Shown: one piece after another, positions 44,106 to 44,709 of the stretch | Position numbering within the stretch: the first letter of the stretch is position 1 | Layout: each line of letters opens with the position of its first letter | Position numbers and translations under genes: made by a program | The notes under the pieces: generated by a model | Database searches by the model: none | What the model was told of the DNA's origin: nothing | Seen by the model: only the letters and a program-made list of their open reading frames with translations | Virus record (IMG/VR): IMGVR_UViG_3300037424_001364 | Coordinates: 1-44,709 of that record | Strand: one strand, 5' to 3' | DNA from: a virus | Lineage: Duplodnaviria; Caudoviricetes | DNA length: 44,709 bases

Positions 44106-44709
44106 TGGAAAATGAAACACCAGTTGTCACAACTAAAAGTGAAAATTATTGCACACTAACAGGCATAAGATATAGAGGGGAAAACTATCAAAAACTTTGT
44201 GGAATGCCTGATAGTAATTCATTTAGGGATGGCATCTATTTTTTTAAAAGCAGCCATGCCAACATCAAATACATAGTTGAGAATTGGGATCAAATAAGAT
44301 GGGATCAAGAATCAAGACAGAAATTTGAAGAGTGGCATAAATTTATAATAGTGGAGTCATCAAATAAGTGTAAGAAAGATGTCATTCTTAATTCTACCCC
44401 TATTGATATGGGTGATCTAGTTTCAAAAACAAAGCCATTTGACCACCAACTTCAGGCATTCAACCTAAGTAAAAACCTCCCAGAGTTTGGTTTATTTTTT
44501 GAGCAAGGGTGTGGCAAAACAAAAGTAATAATTGACAATTCCAGATTCTTATTTGATAGGAATAAAATTGAATGCCTAATTGTAATTGCCCCTAATGGTG
44601 TCCATGATAACTGGGTTGATGATGAGTTGCCCATTCATATGTCAGGACAATATGAGGCTATGGCTTGGCAGTCAAGTTTTAGCAAAAAATCAAAAGCAAA
44701 GTGGAATAA
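44105..44709 (+). CDS. SNF2/SF2 helicase, 5' part (not in the ORF track because it runs off the window end)
   Basis: MENETPVV...KPFDHQLQAF...FFEQGCGKTKVIID...LIVIAPNGV; continues in frame into 1-1268. Confidence 0.9.
   Translation, partial: MENETPVVTTKSENYCTLTGIRYRGENYQKLCGMPDSNSFRDGIYFFKSSHANIKYIVENWDQIRWDQESRQKFEEWHKFIIVESSNKCKKDVILNSTPIDMGDLVSKTKPFDHQLQAFNLSKNLPEFGLFFEQGCGKTKVIIDNSRFLFDRNKIECLIVIAPNGVHDNWVDDELPIHMSGQYEAMAWQSSFSKKSKAKWN

Noticed and set aside
44583-44709. 127-bp terminal repeat as a biological direct terminal repeat
   Set aside because: The length equals a common assembler k-mer (127) and it falls in the middle of a gene, so it is best read as a circular-assembly overlap
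1-44709. Stop-codon reassignment, or tRNA genes
   Set aside because: Core genes are full length in the standard code and end in all three stop codons; no cloverleaf was recognised in the few intergenic gaps

Overview
This window is an apparently complete, circular, AT-rich tailed-phage genome. About 44,582 bp are unique; the last 127 bp repeat the first 127 bp, and an SNF2 helicase gene reads through the join. The minus strand (1637-22498) carries a virion and lysis operon: terS, terL, a fused portal-gpF, an HK97-type protease/scaffold, a Mu gpT-like capsid, a siphovirus tail with a -1 frameshifted chaperone, tape measure, two sugar-binding tail proteins, an M15 endolysin, a duplicated holin and a lipoprotein. 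A 680-bp noncoding region with inverted repeats precedes a mosaic accessory region (23183-27108). The plus strand (27319 round to 1636) carries nucleotide-metabolism and replication genes: a FAD oxidoreductase, a non-canonical ThyX, a GT-A glycosyltransferase, an all-alpha nucleotide pyrophosphatase-like protein, DnaQ, DnaE with an HNH intein, a HAD phosphatase, an SSB-like protein, an AEP primase, UvrD, SNF2 and a nuclease. The best candidate for an undescribed system is a DNA base-modification pathway built around the ThyX variant, which has lost its canonical folate-site residues. It coincides with extreme CpG avoidance in the core genome. I saw no integrase, tRNA, CRISPR array or reverse transcriptase. 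All family calls come from motif recognition by eye, not from database searches.
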